Source: a virus
IMG/VR virus record: IMGVR_UViG_3300017987_000009
Span: 1 to 64,000 of that record
Length of the DNA: 64,000 nt
Reading direction: 5' to 3' (one strand)
A program made the translations under genes and the position numbers. Under the pieces are notes generated by a model. The model was not told the DNA's origin. It searched no databases and was given only the letters and a program-made list of their open reading frames with translations. Shown here in pieces: positions 61,997 through 64,000 of this stretch. Position 1 is the stretch's first letter. Each line of letters begins with the position of its first letter.

Positions 61997-62318
61997 GCTG
62001 CTGAGGGAGTACGCGGCCGCCGCGCTGCCGCAGCCGGTACGGCGGAAGTACCCGGCGATGGTCGGCCAGCTGCAGCGCGCGCTGAAGGTATGGTGGAACG
62101 CTTACCTGAGCGCGAAGGAGCGCGAGGAGTTCCGCAGGCTCGCGGAGAGGCTGGGGCCGCTGCCGGACCGGCTCAAGCGGTTCGCCCGCGACCGCGGGAT
62201 CATCGTCGAGTGGCCGCGGCTGATGGAGAGGGGCGAGCCAAAGAAACCGCGCCGCCGCGACTGGGGCAAGCCGAAGTCGTGGCGGCACAGGCAGTACGGG
62301 CCGAGGAGGGCGCGATGA
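61977..62318 (+). CDS. Hypothetical basic protein
   Basis: SD GGAGGT; typical codons. Confidence 0.6.
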   Translation: MNAKTAKLLREYAAAALPQPVRRKYPAMVGQLQRALKVWWNAYLSAKEREEFRRLAERLGPLPDRLKRFARDRGIIVEWPRLMERGEPKKPRRRDWGKPKSWRHRQYGPRRAR

Positions 62319-62552
62319 AGGAGCGAGGCGACGTCGAGGTGTTGGAGTCGGACCTCACCGATGGTCGTTGGACTCTGAAGATTCGAGTCCACGACGACCG
62401 GTTGTGGAAGATAATCAAGGGAGAGTACCGACCGTGGTGGCTACGAGTGGTCAACTTTTTCCGGTGGCTGTTTCGCTTGCCGCCTATCCACGGACGTCGC
62501 GTGGGGGCGTTCTCGATCGGCGGCAAGGTGGAAGGAAGGGCGCGATGAAGGA
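62307..62552 (+). repeat. 16-bp direct repeat flanking a small gene
   Basis: AGGGCGCGATGAAGGA at 62307-62322 and 62537-62552. Confidence 0.85.
62315..62548 (+). CDS. Hypothetical protein (lower GC)
   Basis: ATGA overlap, SD GAGGAGG. Confidence 0.55.
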   Translation: MKERGDVEVLESDLTDGRWTLKIRVHDDRLWKIIKGEYRPWWLRVVNFFRWLFRLPPIHGRRVGAFSIGGKVEGRAR

Positions 62553-62829
62553 AGGCGGGAAGCTGACGGAGGAGCAGGCGGACCGGTTCATCGAGCTGGC
62601 TTGCGACGAGTCGAAGGTGCTGCGGGACATCAAGGCCGTGTGGACGTGCCCGCACTGGCAGATTCCGATACGCGCGACGATCGGGCGCCTCGCCTTCGAG
62701 CTGAAGTTCCACGCGAGGCGCTGGGAGTACCTGGACGCGGGCGAGGAGCCGAGGCACGCGGAGCTGGTGCGGTCGCTCGCCGACAAGCTGGAGCGGCTGG
62801 AGCGGTTCCTGTGTGGAGGTCTGCGATGA
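62545..62829 (+). CDS. Hypothetical protein
   Basis: ATGA overlap. Confidence 0.6.
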   Translation: MKEGGKLTEEQADRFIELACDESKVLRDIKAVWTCPHWQIPIRATIGRLAFELKFHARRWEYLDAGEEPRHAELVRSLADKLERLERFLCGGLR

Positions 62830-63128
62830 GCGAAGAGAAGAGCGAAGAGAAGGTCGACGACCTGCTCGACCGCCTCGGCCGGTTCGAGGTGATCAGCGTG
62901 TTCATGGAGGAGAATACCCGCGACGTGCTCCGCGTCATGGCGCGCTGCGTCGTGCTGCGGTGCGAGTACTCGTACCACGAGCGCGTGTTCAAGTACGTCG
63001 CGTACTCGCCGGACTTCGACCCGATCCCGGAGGGCGCGCGGGCGCCGGAGTACGCGTGGCAGTTCGACACCGTGGCGGGGACGCTGCGCGCGATCCGCCT
63101 GTCGGCGGGAGGCTCCGGTGGACCTTGA
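62826..63128 (+). CDS. Hypothetical protein
   Basis: ATGA overlap, SD GGAGGT. Confidence 0.62.
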   Translation: MSEEKSEEKVDDLLDRLGRFEVISVFMEENTRDVLRVMARCVVLRCEYSYHERVFKYVAYSPDFDPIPEGARAPEYAWQFDTVAGTLRAIRLSAGGSGGP

Positions 63129-63408
63129 GCGCGTGAGGCGGTACCGCGACGGCCTGCCGCGCCGGCACGTGAAGCTCGCGCGGATACGGGCGCACGACGC
63201 GTTCGACGTGCTGTGGCGGCGCGGGTACATGAGCCGGCCGGCGGCGTACGCCTGGCTGTCGCGCGAGATGGGCGTCGACGAGGCGCACATGAAGACGATG
63301 GGCTGCGAGGAGTGCGAGCGCGTGGTCGAGCTCGTCGAGGAGCTGCTCCGAGACCTGGCTGTGGAGACGATGCCGCCAGAGTCGTTCGAGGGCTTGGAGG
63401 GACAATAG
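63118..63408 (+). CDS. DUF3268-like protein (C-terminal part only)
   Basis: R.RAH.AFD.LW..MSR..AYAWL..MG..H motif. Confidence 0.6.
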   Translation: MDLERVRRYRDGLPRRHVKLARIRAHDAFDVLWRRGYMSRPAAYAWLSREMGVDEAHMKTMGCEECERVVELVEELLRDLAVETMPPESFEGLEGQ

Positions 63409-63642
63409 ATGGCGAAGCGGATACAGGCGGCTAACAGCTTCACGAAGGACCAGGTGCAGATTCTCGCGTTCGTCGTAGACACGCTGCTGCGCGGCGGCGA
63501 CGCGCGCATGGCGGTCAGGCACAAGGCGTTCGCTGGCCTGGCGGCGAAGGTCCACAAGATGAGGGACACGGTCCGCTCGCTCGAGCGGAAGAGACAAGGA
63601 GGCAAGGATGGGACAGTCAAAAATGGCGAAGGCGACGGCTAG
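63409..63642 (+). CDS. Hypothetical protein
   Basis: SD GGAGGG + ATG. Confidence 0.6.
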   Translation: MAKRIQAANSFTKDQVQILAFVVDTLLRGGDARMAVRHKAFAGLAAKVHKMRDTVRSLERKRQGGKDGTVKNGEGDG

Positions 63643-64000
63643 GCGTGCGGTCTTGGCGGTTGTCGGCTGGATCAGCGAGAACGGGCCGCTCGCCGGCCGG
63701 TGGGACCGGATGGGCGCGAGCGACCGAGCAGCGGTGGTCGACGACCTGGTCGACGTCGTCGCGCCGCTGTGCGAGTCGCTAGTCGACAGGGCTGGCGAGC
63801 TGGCCGACGACGAGGTCGCCACGCTGCTGTCGGCACTGGCCGGCGCGCGCGGCCACCGGAACCTGGCCGAGACGCTGGCGGAGCTGCATCGCGGCATGCT
63901 CGGTGAGGCGACGCGCGGCGGGTTCGAGATCGTCGGAGCGCGCGAACTCGCGGAGCTGAAGGCCGTGTGGGCGGATAGGGTTGAAGTGGGCGAGGCGCCG
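63608..64000 (+). CDS. Hypothetical protein, 3'-truncated
   Basis: ATG 63608 after AAGGAGG; frame open to the window end. Confidence 0.55.
   Translation, partial: MGQSKMAKATARRAVLAVVGWISENGPLAGRWDRMGASDRAAVVDDLVDVVAPLCESLVDRAGELADDEVATLLSALAGARGHRNLAETLAELHRGMLGEATRGGFEIVGARELAELKAVWADRVEVGEAP

Larger units (their letters stand above)
1..64000 (+). mobile_element. Tailed phage genome segment (contractile tail; head, tail, lysis and replication modules)
   Basis: Ordered capsid, neck, sheath, tube, tape measure, baseplate, amidase and DNA replication genes, all on one strand. No host housekeeping operons, integrase or att site seen. Confidence 0.97.

Noticed and set aside
1-64000. tRNA/rRNA genes, integrase, terminase, portal, stop-codon reassignment
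   Set aside because: None recognised. Genes tile normally with standard stops; packaging genes probably lie upstream of the window.

Overview
A 64-kb segment of a high-GC tailed phage with a contractile tail. Essentially all real genes lie on the + strand, tightly packed, often with overlapping stop/start codons. Order: head module (a 5'-truncated giant fusion ending in an XkdF-type prohead protease, scaffold, HK97-fold capsid); a block of accessory or fibre-like virion genes; neck; sheath, tube, frameshifted chaperone and tape measure; baseplate and fibre; amidase lysis cassette; replication/recombination module (intein-containing SF2 helicase, initiator with internal ori, DnaC, DnaB, primase, GIY-YIG endonuclease, DnaE, HU-like, UvsY-like, SSB, RecA, fused SbcD-SbcC, RuvC, UDG); SAM decarboxylase; small hypotheticals. 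The main candidate novelty is a capsid cargo-loading system. Three otherwise unrelated, dispersed proteins, one of them the scaffold, end in the same [FL]W-x-x-LPL-stop tag shortly after a Lys site. The prohead protease itself is the last domain of a polyprotein carrying C5-methyltransferase, ATP-dependent ligase and LigD-phosphoesterase-like domains separated by similar Lys sites. The second highlight is an intein whose endonuclease is encoded in a different reading frame inside the intein. All calls come from motif recognition by eye; no database searches were run.
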